Part shown: one piece after another, positions 13,501 to 24,600 of the stretch
How positions within the stretch are numbered: the stretch's first letter is position 1
How the letters are laid out: the number at the start of each line of letters is the position of its first letter
DNA from: Malacoraja senta
Lineage: Eukaryota
Direction: 5' to 3'
Length of the DNA stretch: 64,000 nt
NCBI GenBank assembly: GCA_038087875.1
Contig: CM075996.1
Location: 4,838,001 to 4,902,000, forward strand
Program-made: the position numbers and the translations under genes
Notes under the pieces: model-generated
Databases searched by the model: none
The model's input: only the letters and a program-made list of their open reading frames with translations
What the model was told of the DNA's origin: nothing

Positions 13501-16500
13501 TGAGGCAGCGACTGCGATAGATCCCCTCGATGGTAGGGAGGTCAGAGCCGATGACGGACTGGGCAGTGTTTACTACTTTTTGTAGTCTTTTCCGCTCCTG
13601 GGCGCTCAGGTTGCCGAACCAAGCCACGATCAGCAACCGGTCAGCATGCTCTCTACTGTGCACCTGTAGAACTTCTACAGTCCACAATCCTGGGTTTTAT
13701 ACCCCTCAATGCAGAAGAAGACCAAGTGGGATGTAAAACGTGGTTCCTCTGAGTGCCATGGTATTGCTGCCTGATGTTTCAGATTAACGTGAGTGTGAGT
13801 TGAGCCAGTGAGCGTATGCAAGGCTGTGATGGGGTTTTCTGGTCATTGACAAAACCAAGGATTAGGGCAGGAATGTGGATCTGTAGAAGGTTGGAAAAGG
13901 CCTGAAGCCAGAGACCATCACTGTTGAGGTCTCTTATGTTTGAAAGCCACACTGTCTCTGAGCCACCTTCTATCTACCTTCTATTTTCACACAGAGAGTG
14001 GTGAATCTCTGGAATTCTCTGCCACAGAGGGTAGCTGAGGCCAGTTCATTGGCTATATTTAAGAGGGAGTTAGATGTGGCCCTTGTGGCTAAAGGGATCA
14101 GAGGGTATGGAGAGAAGGCAGGTACGGGATACTGAGTTGGATGATCAGCCATGATCATATTGAATGGCGGTGCAGGCTCGAAGGGCCAAATGGCCTACTC
14201 CTGCACCTATTTTCTATGTTTCTATGTATCTATGTACCTGTCAAGATTATCCCAGCATTATCGCATTGCCTCAGTTAGGTTAGGTTTGATATTGTCACAT
14301 CTACCGAGACACAGTGAAAAGCTTTTGTTTGTGTACTATCCAATCACATCAGATAATATTATATTTGAATATATAATCAAGCCAAATGCAAGTACAACAA
14401 GTAGAGTGAAGGGAAATACACCAGGGCAGAATAGAGTTTCTCATCAATGTAGCTAACGTAACCGTTCCAGAAAATAGGTACAATGTCCACAATGAGGTAC
14501 GCTGGATAATCAGAACTCTAGTTTACAGAAGGGCAGTTGGAAAGACTGATAGACATTGGTATTTACCTTTAACAAAAATAGATTCAGTTTTCAACTTCCT
14601 ACCTACAGAATATCGATCGAATCTGTTGCCGCACAGTAGAGAGATATTTGCATTTCATTTCTGTTGAAACCAGGGCAACTGTGAGTTTGTTACTTTTCGT
14701 TACAGTGCTCTGATCCACCTCACGGTGAATTTCAGGAAACCCCAGGGATACATAGAAACATAGCAAATAGGCGCAGGAGTAGGCCATTCATCCCTTCGAG
14801 CCATTCAATTTGATGCCTTTCACTGAATTTCTGCAACAACAGAATGGTTAAACACAAATTTAAAACCCGATGCCAGGGATGGGTGAGGGGGGAAAGGTAT
14901 AACTCCATCTTCTCTTTCCTTATTTCTTTTCTTTCCTCTTGCACTTCTTTGGTAGCTTAGGGGTCTTTTTCTTGCTTTCTTTTATTTTACTTCTCTTTTT
15001 TCTCTCTTTTTTCCTTTTTTTGGGGGATTTAGGTTTCAATGTTAAAAATGAAGCTGTACAATAATTGTATAACTGTTATGTCGATTGTCTTATTGCTGTA
15101 CAATTGCTTCTAATAAAATAAATTCAAAAAATATATATTTAAAAATAAATTAAAAAAAAAAAAATAGAAATAATTTAAAAAAAATTTAAAAAACAATTTG
15201 ATCATGGCTGATCATCCAGAATCCCGCTTTCTCCCCATATCCCTTGATTCCATTAGCCCTAAGAGCTATAACTCTCTCTTGAATACATCTTGAATGCCAG
15301 GATCAGTCCTGGAATGTGTTAGTCTGGTGCCAGGGGCAATGGTGTGGGGTAGTTAGAAACTAGGGGCCTTCTGCCGTGATCTGGGCAGTGTGATCAGTCA
15401 CTGTGTTAAAATAAATAGGTCCAAAGTCTCAGGCAGGCTAGACATGCTGGTCCGCATTTCAATGGATCCATCAATGTGGACACTTTCACTGAGCCCCCCC
15501 CAGATTATTCACTGGTGAAGAGCAAATGTCACTCATGCCAACCCGGAGCTGGATCTTCGGAGGTGGCAGCAGGGTGGGTTGGGGTAAGATGTGTGTTGAA
15601 TCGTGGTCTATTTGAGAGTAACAAGGGTATTCTCTGCTGTGGGATGCGAGAGGTCAAATCTAAAGAAACAGGTGGTTACGAGAGAAATGTTTAAAAAAAA
15701 AAACGAGGAATGGACTGGAGAAGAGTGGGCAAGGAGGAGGCAATTGAGAAAGAGGGAAATGGACAAAAAAGTATCAGCAATTCAGTCTGAAGAAGGGTCT
15801 CGACCCGAAACGTTGCCTATTTCCTTCGCTCCATAGATGCTGCCACACCCGCTGAGTTTCTCCAGCACTTTTGTCTACCTTCGATATTCCAGCATCTGCA
15901 GTTCCTTCTTAAACATCAGCAATTGCATGCTGGCCGACGTTGAGGAAGAGGAGCAAAAAAGCTAATAGCAATTGGAAGGAAGGGGTTAAATGGCTGTTGT
16001 GGTTGTCAAGAGAAGGGGCGAGGTCTTTAATGTGGATGGTGTTGGTCAGCAAGGCGGAAGATGACAATGGGCAAGAGGAGAGTGATTGGAAGGGGGCTAA
16101 CTGGGAGGTCGGGGCTGATTGGCAAATGGGTTGATCAGCGGAAGTCACAATCGGGAGAATGGAACAATTCTGTGCAGGGGTGTGTGAGAGGTGAAGAGAT
16201 GGCAATCAGGGAGAAGTTAAGAGGAGGATCGCGGATCAAGATTCCAACATGCCAAGCTCCACATCAGCAATGGGCCAGATAGTCTGGACGTCTACCTGTG
16301 ACTCAATGATAACTCGTGGCCACGAGGTTCACCAGTCCCATTTTACCCCAGTGAAACTCGCGTGGAATCAGTGAATAAGTTCAAACTTGGAGCTTAACTT
16401 TTTAATATTCTCCAATCTGATGTCAGTTACTGGAGTTTGCTCCTATGTGATGCCCAGCTGTGTATGTGAACTGACCAAAGGCAGTTTTTAACACCTTTTT

Positions 16501-16642
16501 ATTTTTTAGGGGGGTGTACTTAGCTGCCATTTTCTTCTACAAAGAGAACATCCTGGTGACCAGTGAAGACCAACTTCCGATCGTTGAGATTGACAGCTGC
16601 TGCTCGGGCTCTGACATGCAAGAATTCCTCTGGTTCTCCAAG
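18..16642 (+). CDS. ANKFN1: ANKFN1-like (ankyrin repeat and fibronectin type III domain protein, wide-awake family), partial gene: 7 internal exons
   Basis: Exons 18-206, 1234-1347, 5014-5111, 9064-9154, 10364-10471, 12535-12634 and 16510-16642 are all AG/GT flanked and phase-compatible. The spliced peptide (..[121 protein letters not shown]) follows the FN3 and downstream region of human ANKFN1 as recalled. It may be a paralogue rather than the orthologue. Confidence 0.9.
1234..1347 (+). CDS. ANKFN1: ANKFN1-like exon (FN3 start)
   Basis: tttctctacag acceptor, gtaggt donor; [37 protein letters not shown]. Confidence 0.9.
5014..5111 (+). CDS. ANKFN1: ANKFN1-like exon (FN3 middle)
   Basis: ctctttcag acceptor, gtaagc donor; [33 protein letters not shown]. 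Confidence 0.88.
7290..7560. repeat. Compound tetranucleotide microsatellite (CAGA)n/(GGAC)n
   Basis: Directly visible. Confidence 0.97.
8745..8965 (+). mobile_element. L1/Tx1-like 3' end with poly(A) and 14-bp TSD
   Basis: gtggtgaagaatca duplicated at 8731-8744 and 8966-8979; A-rich tail; [14 protein letters not shown] remnant. Confidence 0.7.
9064..9154 (+). CDS. ANKFN1: ANKFN1-like exon (FN3 end)
   Basis: caacag acceptor, gtaagt donor; [30 protein letters not shown]. Confidence 0.92.
10364..10471 (+). CDS. ANKFN1: ANKFN1-like exon
   Basis: gcacag acceptor, gtgagt donor; [35 protein letters not shown]. Confidence 0.87.
12535..12634 (+). CDS. ANKFN1: ANKFN1-like exon
   Basis: cttttccag acceptor, gtgagt donor; [33 protein letters not shown]. 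Confidence 0.9.
13127..13670 (-). mobile_element. Rex1/Babar-like LINE 3' fragment (related copies at about 10720-11230, 12820-12912, 16863-17310)
   Basis: [38 protein letters not shown] peptide; (ttcaaga)n tail on the + strand. Confidence 0.75.
14815..15193 (+). mobile_element. L1-like 3' UTR insertion with poly(A) and 9-bp TSD
   Basis: caatttgat at 14806-14814 and 15194-15202; T-rich body, aataaa and A tail. Confidence 0.65.
16510..16642 (+). CDS. ANKFN1: ANKFN1-like exon
   Basis: ttttttag acceptor, gtacag donor; [44 protein letters not shown]. Confidence 0.92.
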
Positions 16643-19600
16643 GTACAGCCGTGCTTTCTCACTTGTCTTGAATATAAGGTGGGACGATCCCTCTGTGTCA
16701 TTGTATCAGGGTGTAGGGGCCTTTCACCAGCACCACACCACTCACAGGCTGAGCGTTTATAACTCTTAAGTTTAGTTTAGTTTAGAGATACAGCACGGAA
16801 ACAGGCCCTTCGGCCCACCGAGTCCCCAGTGTGTAATCCCCGCACATTAGCGCTACCCTACATTCAAGATTCAAGATTCAAGAGAGTTTATTGTCATGTG
16901 TCCCAGATAGGACAATGACATTCTTGCTTTGCTTCAGCACAACAGAACATAGTAGGCATGAATACAGAACAGATCAGTGTGTCCATGTACCATTATATAA
17001 ATATATACACACGTGTATAAATAAACAGATAAAGTGCAAATAAACAGATAATGGGCTATGAATGTTCAGAGTTTTGTATGAGTTGAGTTTAATAGCCTGA
17101 TGGCTGTGGGGAAGTAGCTATTCCTGAACCTGGACTTTGCAGTCTTCAGGCTCCTGTACCTTCTACCTGAAGGTAGCGGAGAGATGAATGTGTGGCCAGG
17201 ATGGTGTGGGTCCTTGATGATGCTGCCAGCCTTTTTGAGGCATTGACTGCGATAGAGCCCCTTGATGGTAGGGAGGTCAGAGCCGATGATGGACTGGGCA
17301 GTGTTTAGTGCTTTTTTTAATACACATACACACTAGGGACAATTTACACTTATACCAAGCCAATTAACCTACAAACCTGTACGTCTTTGGAGTGTGGGAG
17401 GAAACCGAAGATCTCGGAGAAAACCCACGCAGGTCACGGGCAGAACGTACAAACTCCGTACAGACAGTACCCGTAGTCAAGATCAAACCCGGGTTCTGGC
17501 GCCACAACTCTACCGCTGCACCACCGTGGCGCCCATTGGGCTGAGAGCACTGCATTAACACGCCATTTTCAACTACAAAACAATCCGTCGATTTAAAATG
17601 AATAATTAAGTGAATTAATAAATAACTAGATGGTAAATAAATTATTAATTTCAAATTACATTTCATCTGTACACTCATTTATAATCTAGATGTCACTGAT
17701 TCTGCCAGTTCTAGAAATATATTAATGCAAACAATAAATGATCATAATTTGAAGGCTAGGTGATCTATCAAGACTGCAGGACATGAGACGTTGTAGAATG
17801 TGATGTTACTCTGGATCTCTGTCCTGCAGGCAGCGACACTCTCTGCACTCACTCATTTTAAATCGTGCTTGGTTGAGGCAATCGGACAAGTACGAGGAGT
17901 TAAAAATGGCAGGATTGTTCAGTGTTGTAGCACGGAAATAGGTCGACACAATCGCAGCCATTCAGCAAACGCCCAATTACACTAAACGTATTTAATTCTC
18001 CCCACATTCCCATCAACTTTTCCCCTTCCATCCTACCTCCCTCCTACACACCGGGGACAATTTACAGTGGCCAATTAGCCTATTAACCCACTCGTTTTGG
18101 AATGTGGGGATAAACCAGAGCACCCGGAGGAAGCCCACGAGGTCACATGGAGAACCTGCAAACTACACACAGACATGGCATGTAACCATTGTAAAATTAG
18201 ATCAGTCTGAAGAAGGGTTTCGGCCCGAAACGTTGCCTATTTCCTTCGCTCCATAGATGCTGCTGCACCCGCTGAGTTTCTCCAGCATTTTTGTGTACCA
18301 CCGTAAAATTAGATCACATGGGAGTTGGGTGATATTCTGGAATGGATTACAGACACGACAGGAACAGGCCCTTCAGCTCACATTCTCCATGACCATCATG
18401 ATGCCAAATTCAACTAATCTCCTCTGCAACATGTAATCCATACATCTTCATTCCCTACATATCCATGTGTCCATCTGAAAGTCTCTTAAATGCCACTATC
18501 GTGTCTACCTCCACCACTACCCATGGCAGCGCATAGCAGGCATCCACCCATCTCTGTATAATGAAACATGCCACACACATCTCCTTTAAACCCTTCAGTC
18601 TGAAGAAGGGTTTCGGCCCGAAACGTTGCCTATTTCCTTCGCTCCATAGATGCTGCTGCACCCGCTGAGTTTCTCCAGCACTTTTGTCTTCCTTTAAACC
18701 CTGTTCCCTCACCTTAATGCTACGCCCTCTAGACCTTGACATTTTCACCTGGGGGAAAAGGATCTGATTGTCTACGCTATCTATACCTCTCACAATTTTA
18801 TACATTTCTGTCAGGTCTCTCCTTAAACTCAGATGTTACAGAGAATCTAAGTTTGTTTAACCTCTCCTTATATATAATACTGTCAAATCCAGGCAGCATT
18901 CTGGTAAACCTCTGCTGCTGCGCCCTCTATAAAGCCTTCACATGCCTCCTGCAACGGGGCAACCGGAACTGCACACAATCATTGGATTGAGGATCAGAAA
19001 ATGGACAAAAAGTAAAGAATAGGAATAAATCGTTCATTTGCAAGTTGGGAGTTGTGATGAATGGAGTGCTGCAAGGATTGGTGCTGGGGTTCCAGGCTGC
19101 TTGGACAATCTGTATCGATGATTGGGCCGAGGACACCAATAATGATATATCCAGGTCGGTTGATGATAACTGAGTAGGGAGCTAGTTCATGTTGTGAGGA
19201 GGATACAGAGACCTTCAAATGAACTTCAAGCCAGTCAAACTGAATGGGCGAGGACATGGCAGATGGAAGGTATCATAGAGGTCAGCTCTACTTGTGAAAA
19301 TAGAAAGGTGGAGCATTTTTACAAACGGTGAGAGTCTGAAATGTGTTGCTGTTCAGAGACACCCGAGTGTCGTTGTAAATGAATTACTTTATGACAATTG
19401 CTTGTACAATCTCAAAAGATCAGAGTGCCAGTTGCGTGCAGCTGCAGCAACAATTAAGAAAGCAAAGAATAAGTTGGCCTTTATTGAAAGAGGATTTGGA
19501 GTATAAGAGCGGAGCTCCTTCCTTCAATTATAAAGGACCCTGGTGAGACAGCATCTGGAACATTTGCCTTTATTGGCTGAGGCATTGAATATAAAAAACA

Positions 19601-19780
19601 GGGAGGCTTGTTGGAACTGAGTGCAACAGCAGTTAGAACGCAGCTGGAGCCAGGGTGCAGTTCCTGGTCACTACACTACTGGTGATATGTGATAGCTCTT
19701 GACAGGATGCAGAGTAGAATACTTGTCATGAGGAAGTCTTAGCCAGACGGGATTATTTTCTTTTAAACAAAGGTGACTAT

Positions 19781-20143
19781 TGGATTTAAACCCAATTACG
19801 GGTTGGGTGAGGTGGGTGGGGAGGGATGTGAGGCAGGTATATCATCACTTTCTTCTTTCTTTCGCTTTTTGTCCTTTTATTTTTCTTATTTTTTCTCTTC
19901 TTTCTTTCATTTACTCACTCTTTGACTCCACCACTTTGGTAGTCTAGGGTAGGTCTATCTTGGCACATTTCACTTTTTCTCTTTCTTGCTTTTTCTCCTT
20001 TCTTCTTTTCCAACTATAGCTAAAAGTTAAAATTAAAGCTGTACAATAACTGTATTATTTCATATGCCGTTGGTTCTATTTTTGTACATTTGCTTCTAAT
20101 AAATAAAAATAAACAAATAATAACAAATTAATTTAAAAAAACC
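19781..20143 (+). mobile_element. L1-like 3' UTR insertion with poly(A) and 13-bp TSD
   Basis: caaaggtgactat at 19768-19780 and 20144-20156; shares aagctgtacaata..ttgcttctaataaa with 14815-15193. Confidence 0.65.
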
Positions 20144-20414
20144 CAAAGGTGACTATGGGAAGATTTATGTGAGGCAAATAATATGAGTAGGTGTGAAGAA
20201 GGGTCTCTACCCGAAACGTCACCCATTCCTTCTCTCCAGAGATGCTGCCTGTCCCGCTGAATTACGCCAGCATTTTGTGTCTGTCTTCGGTTTAAACCAG
20301 CATCTGCAGTTCCTTCCCACACAATATGAGTAGGAGAAACAGAATTGATCTATTTCTCTCAGGAGAGATGTCAGCCACCAGATGTCTGTTACCTGTGGCC
20401 AGCAAACCAGAAAT

Positions 20415-20614
20415 NNNNNNNNNNNNNNNNNNNNNNNNNNNNNNNNNNNNNNNNNNNNNNNNNNNNNNNNNNNNNNNNNNNNNNNNNNNNNNNNNNNNNN
20501 NNNNNNNNNNNNNNNNNNNNNNNNNNNNNNNNNNNNNNNNNNNNNNNNNNNNNNNNNNNNNNNNNNNNNNNNNNNNNNNNNNNNNNNNNNNNNNNNNNNN
20601 NNNNNNNNNNNNNN
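20415..20614. other. Assembly gap (200 N)
   Basis: Run of exactly 200 n adjoining a long (TG)n tract. Confidence 1.
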
Positions 20615-20912
<298 letters not shown>

Positions 20913-21249
20913 GAAGACCTACACACAGGCCAACTTTCCTGCCACTTTTCGGTTCTGTTGTCTGGTCTCAAGTAAAGAATGTCAGCAGCATCTATGAAAC
21001 GTTGCCTATTTTCCTTCGCTCCATAGATGCTGCTGCACCCGCTGAGTTTCTCCAGCATTTTTGTCTACCTTCGATTTTCCAGCATCTGCAGATCCTTCTT
21101 TAACAAAGAATGTCATCGGTTGTTACACAAAAATTGCTGGAGAAACTCAGCAGCAGCAGCGGGTGCAGCATCTATGGAGCGAAGGAAAATGGGCAACGTT
21201 GTTCCAGCATCTGCAGTTCCTTCTTTAACAACGTTGTTGTTGTCTCTGG

Positions 21250-21530
21250 GAGTCTTGAGCCGGCGCTTGTAGCCGGGAGTGAGTGAGTGAGTGAGTGAGT
21301 GAGTGAGGTGGGGAGGCCGGGCGCTAGGACCCGGCGGGAGCGGCGCGGAAGCAGACGGCGGTGCAGCGGCTCCAGCTGACCACGAGGTCCCAGCTGTTTC
21401 CCTGCCATTGCTGAATGTTTTTACTACAACTCCAAAGCCGCCGAAACCTTTCTTTTATCCAACAAACACCCCCCCGCGTCTGCCAGCGCCAGCCCTTTGC
21501 CGGCGAGAGTGGATGAAATCTAAAGGCTCC
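21250..21530 (+). promoter_or_regulatory. GC/CpG-rich putative promoter and 5' UTR of the TFAP4-like gene
   Basis: CpG-dense sequence directly upstream of the ATG; (GAGT)n run; CAGCTG at 21373 and 21391. Confidence 0.55.
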
Positions 21531-21610
21531 ATGGCTTATTACGCCGGTCAGAAGACGCTGCAGGAATTCCGCAGAGCGGAGAAGGAAGTGATTGGCGGCT
21601 TGTGTAGTGT
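21531..21610 (+). CDS. TFAP4: TFAP4-like exon 1 (donor position uncertain)
   Basis: ATG at 21531 (in-frame upstream ATG at 21513); MAYYAGQKTLQEFRRAEKEVIGGLCS. The first phase-compatible GT is at 21611; the orthologous boundary would be after 21607. Confidence 0.8.
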
Positions 21611-24600
21611 GTATCCACCACCATGTATCAATCCATGTTGGTTTGTTTATTGCACCAACAATGTATCAATGGAGGACCCGGGACAGACATTTAAACACGT
21701 GGGGGGAGAGGGGGAGAGGGGGCAGAGAGAGGGAGAGAGGGAGGAGAGGAGAGGGAGGAGGGAGAGGAGGGAGAGGGAGAGGGCAGGGAGAGGGGAGAGA
21801 GGGGAGAGGAGGGAAGGGGAGAGGAGAGAGAGGGGGGGAGGGAGGGGGAGAGAGGGGGCAGGGAGAGGGGGAGAGAGAGAGGGGCAGGGGAGGAGAGAAG
21901 AGAGAGGGGGCAGGGGGAGGGGAAGGGAGAGAGAGAGAGGGGCAGGGGAGGGGAGAGAGAGAGAGGAGGGAAGGGAGGGGAGAGAGAGAGAGTGCAGGAG
22001 GAGAGGAAATGACAATTCTCTCTCTCTCTCCCTTCTCATCCAAACACAGCTTCTCGCTTCTTCCCAAGACGGGGAAGCTCGTAGGAAATCCCAGGCTCGT
22101 CTGCACATCGGGACAAATCCAATCGGGATCACAGGCGTCCAATGGGAGGGAGGGAGGGATGAGATGCAAATATCCAACACACAGACCAGCACGTGGGACC
22201 AGCAAACCTCTGCAATCCCCCCCCCCCCCCTCCCGACCCCGTCTTTACAACCTCCTTCCTCAGCCTTTAACGATACACCGCCGCGCCACAGGCGTTCACA
22301 CCTCAACCTCCTCGGCGATTTTTTTTTTTTTCCCCGACTCTTAGATTATTTTCCTTCCTTCTCTGGGATCCCAAATCATGGCCGCCCTCGCTGGCTGATT
22401 TGTTTTGTTGCGTTTGCTGGGTCCGCCCACTTTTGCAATTTCGTTTTGGATTCCAAAGCAAAAACAAAAAAGTTACATTTCTTTCCTACTTTGTGTGTTT
22501 TTCTTTTTTTAAATTTTTTTTTAAATTTGTGTGCAATTCAAATTCCACCCCCCCCCCCCCCCCCCCCGTCCGATGCGTTGGGCCGAGCCCCCGCCTGCAA
22601 TGTGTTGTTGTTCCTCTGGAACAGCTCGGACCCTGTGAGTAGGCGTTTATAACCCGTGCTACATGTTGCCGCCACGTTACTCCAGCCGGGGAGGCGGTTG
22701 ATGTTGAGTTGGGATCCCCCCCTCTCTCTACTGAATTCGTCGTGCGTTTGTTTTTATCCCCCCCTCCCTCTCCAAAATATATAGTTTCTGGCATCTCGCC
22801 CACCCCCCAACCCAATCGCGATCCCGACGCCACTGTTTCCGAGTCGCCCAGTGTTGCAGGATTTGCAGGCGAGGAGAGAAAGCAGAACCATTGCGTAGCA
22901 CTGAAAGTGAAAACGCTCACAGTCATTAAATAAACCCCCCCTTTCATTTCGATTGGTCGGGCGCTGCAAATGCGACTCCATTCACATTAATTTCAGAAGC
23001 TTGACACAAAAAATGCTGGAGTAACTCACTCAGCGGGACACATCTGTGGAGAGAAGGGCTGGCCTGCTGGAGTGAGATGATTCCTTCCTGTGAGAGACAG
23101 CCCGGAATTAACCACAACCATTTATTTTGGGATTGAAACTTGTAGTGTTTTTTGGGATTTTGAGGGATGTTTTGTTAGTCTTGGGGGGGATTGAGTTGAG
23201 TTTATTCTACATTGGTTACAAATCCCGTGATCATATTTCCCGGGGAACTCATTGAAGTGGGATTTTTTGTTGTTGTAAATAACTCATTGAAGATGTCCGG
23301 GGAAGGCCGGAGGATTGTGAATTTTATGAATGGGGCTGAAGTTGACACAGCTGCTTGCGGATGCTATTGGCTGTGGCCTGGTTGTGACGGGCAGGAGTGC
23401 AAGGGGGCGTGAGCTGAGCCGCGGCTGGCTCTATGTTTATGTGCGTGTGTCAACAACACACTTGTCACACCCGCTCTTGTGTCAACTCCACTAACATCCT
23501 CTCCGCCCATCGCACCTCCACAAGCAACGTCGCTGACGTTTTGTTTAACGTTGCCTTGCATAAAATGCAAGTCTGAGGAAGGGGGCTCGACCCGAAACGT
23601 CGCCGATTGATTCCTTGAGCCGCTGACTTACTCCAGCATTTTGTGTCTTATCTTTTTTTTTTAATGTTGCCTTGCATACAATGCAAGTCTGAAGAAGGGT
23701 CTCGACCCGAAACCGTCACCCGTTCCTACTCTCCAGAGATGCTGCCTGACCCGCTGAGTTACTCCAGCATTTTGTGTCTATCTTTTTTTTAAAATGTTGC
23801 CTTGCATACAATGCAAGTCTGAAGAAGGGTCTCGACCCGAAACCGTCACCCGTTCCTTCTATCCAGAGATGCTGCCTGTCCCGCTGAGTTACTCCAGCAT
23901 TTTGTGTCAATCTTCGATTTAACCCAGCATCTGCAGTTCCTTCCTACACATTTGTGGAATTCCCTGCCACAGAGGGCAGTGGAGGCCAAATCACTGGATG
24001 GATTTAAGAGAGAGTTAGATAGAGCTCTAGGGGCTAGTGGAATCAAGGGATATGGGGAGAAGGCAGGCACGGGTTGTTGATAGGGGACGATCAGCCATGA
24101 TCACAATGAATGGCGGTGCTGGCTCGAAGGGCCGAATGGCCTCCTCCTGCATTTATTTTCTATTTTCTATAAAATCCTACACACACGGAGGATGCCGTTC
24201 GGCCTATCGTTGGTCCTTCAGCTAGCTCCACATTTCGGCTCGTTCCCCATTTCCAGATAGGATTTTTCCCTTTTGTGTGTGTGTGTATGTGTGTGTGTGT
24301 ATGTGTGTGTGTGTATATGTGTGCGTGTAGGTTGGCAAGTTACCACCGGGTTGTCCCCGCGATACTAATGGTTTTTTTTTAACACGGGAAGAGCATTTGG
24401 AGTTTAGAGGAAAAATGTGTCAAACGCTGGCAAATGGGGCTAGTTTGGATGGGCATTTTGGTTCGCATGGGCAGGTCGGGCTGAAGGGCCTGTTTCATAG
24501 AACACCAAACAGCAAGAGGGACAAGCTCTTCGGCCCACAATGTCCGTGCCAAACATGATGCCAAATGAAAGTAATCTCTGCCTGCACTGGTCCACATCCC

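Noticed and set aside
20340..20414. Acceptor-like tttctctcag before the gap as the next ANKFN1-like exon
   Set aside because: No frame resembles the expected ANKFN1 sequence, and the segment continues a degenerate CR1 remnant.
21611..21619. U12-type intron in the TFAP4-like gene
   Set aside because: gtatccacc lacks the TT of GTATCCTT and no TCCTTAAC-like branch point precedes the acceptor at 26331; not supportable.
21303..22652. 449-aa ORF spanning TFAP4-like exon 1
   Set aside because: Only 21531-~21610 is TFAP4-like; the rest is read-through of a stop-poor purine tract and intron.
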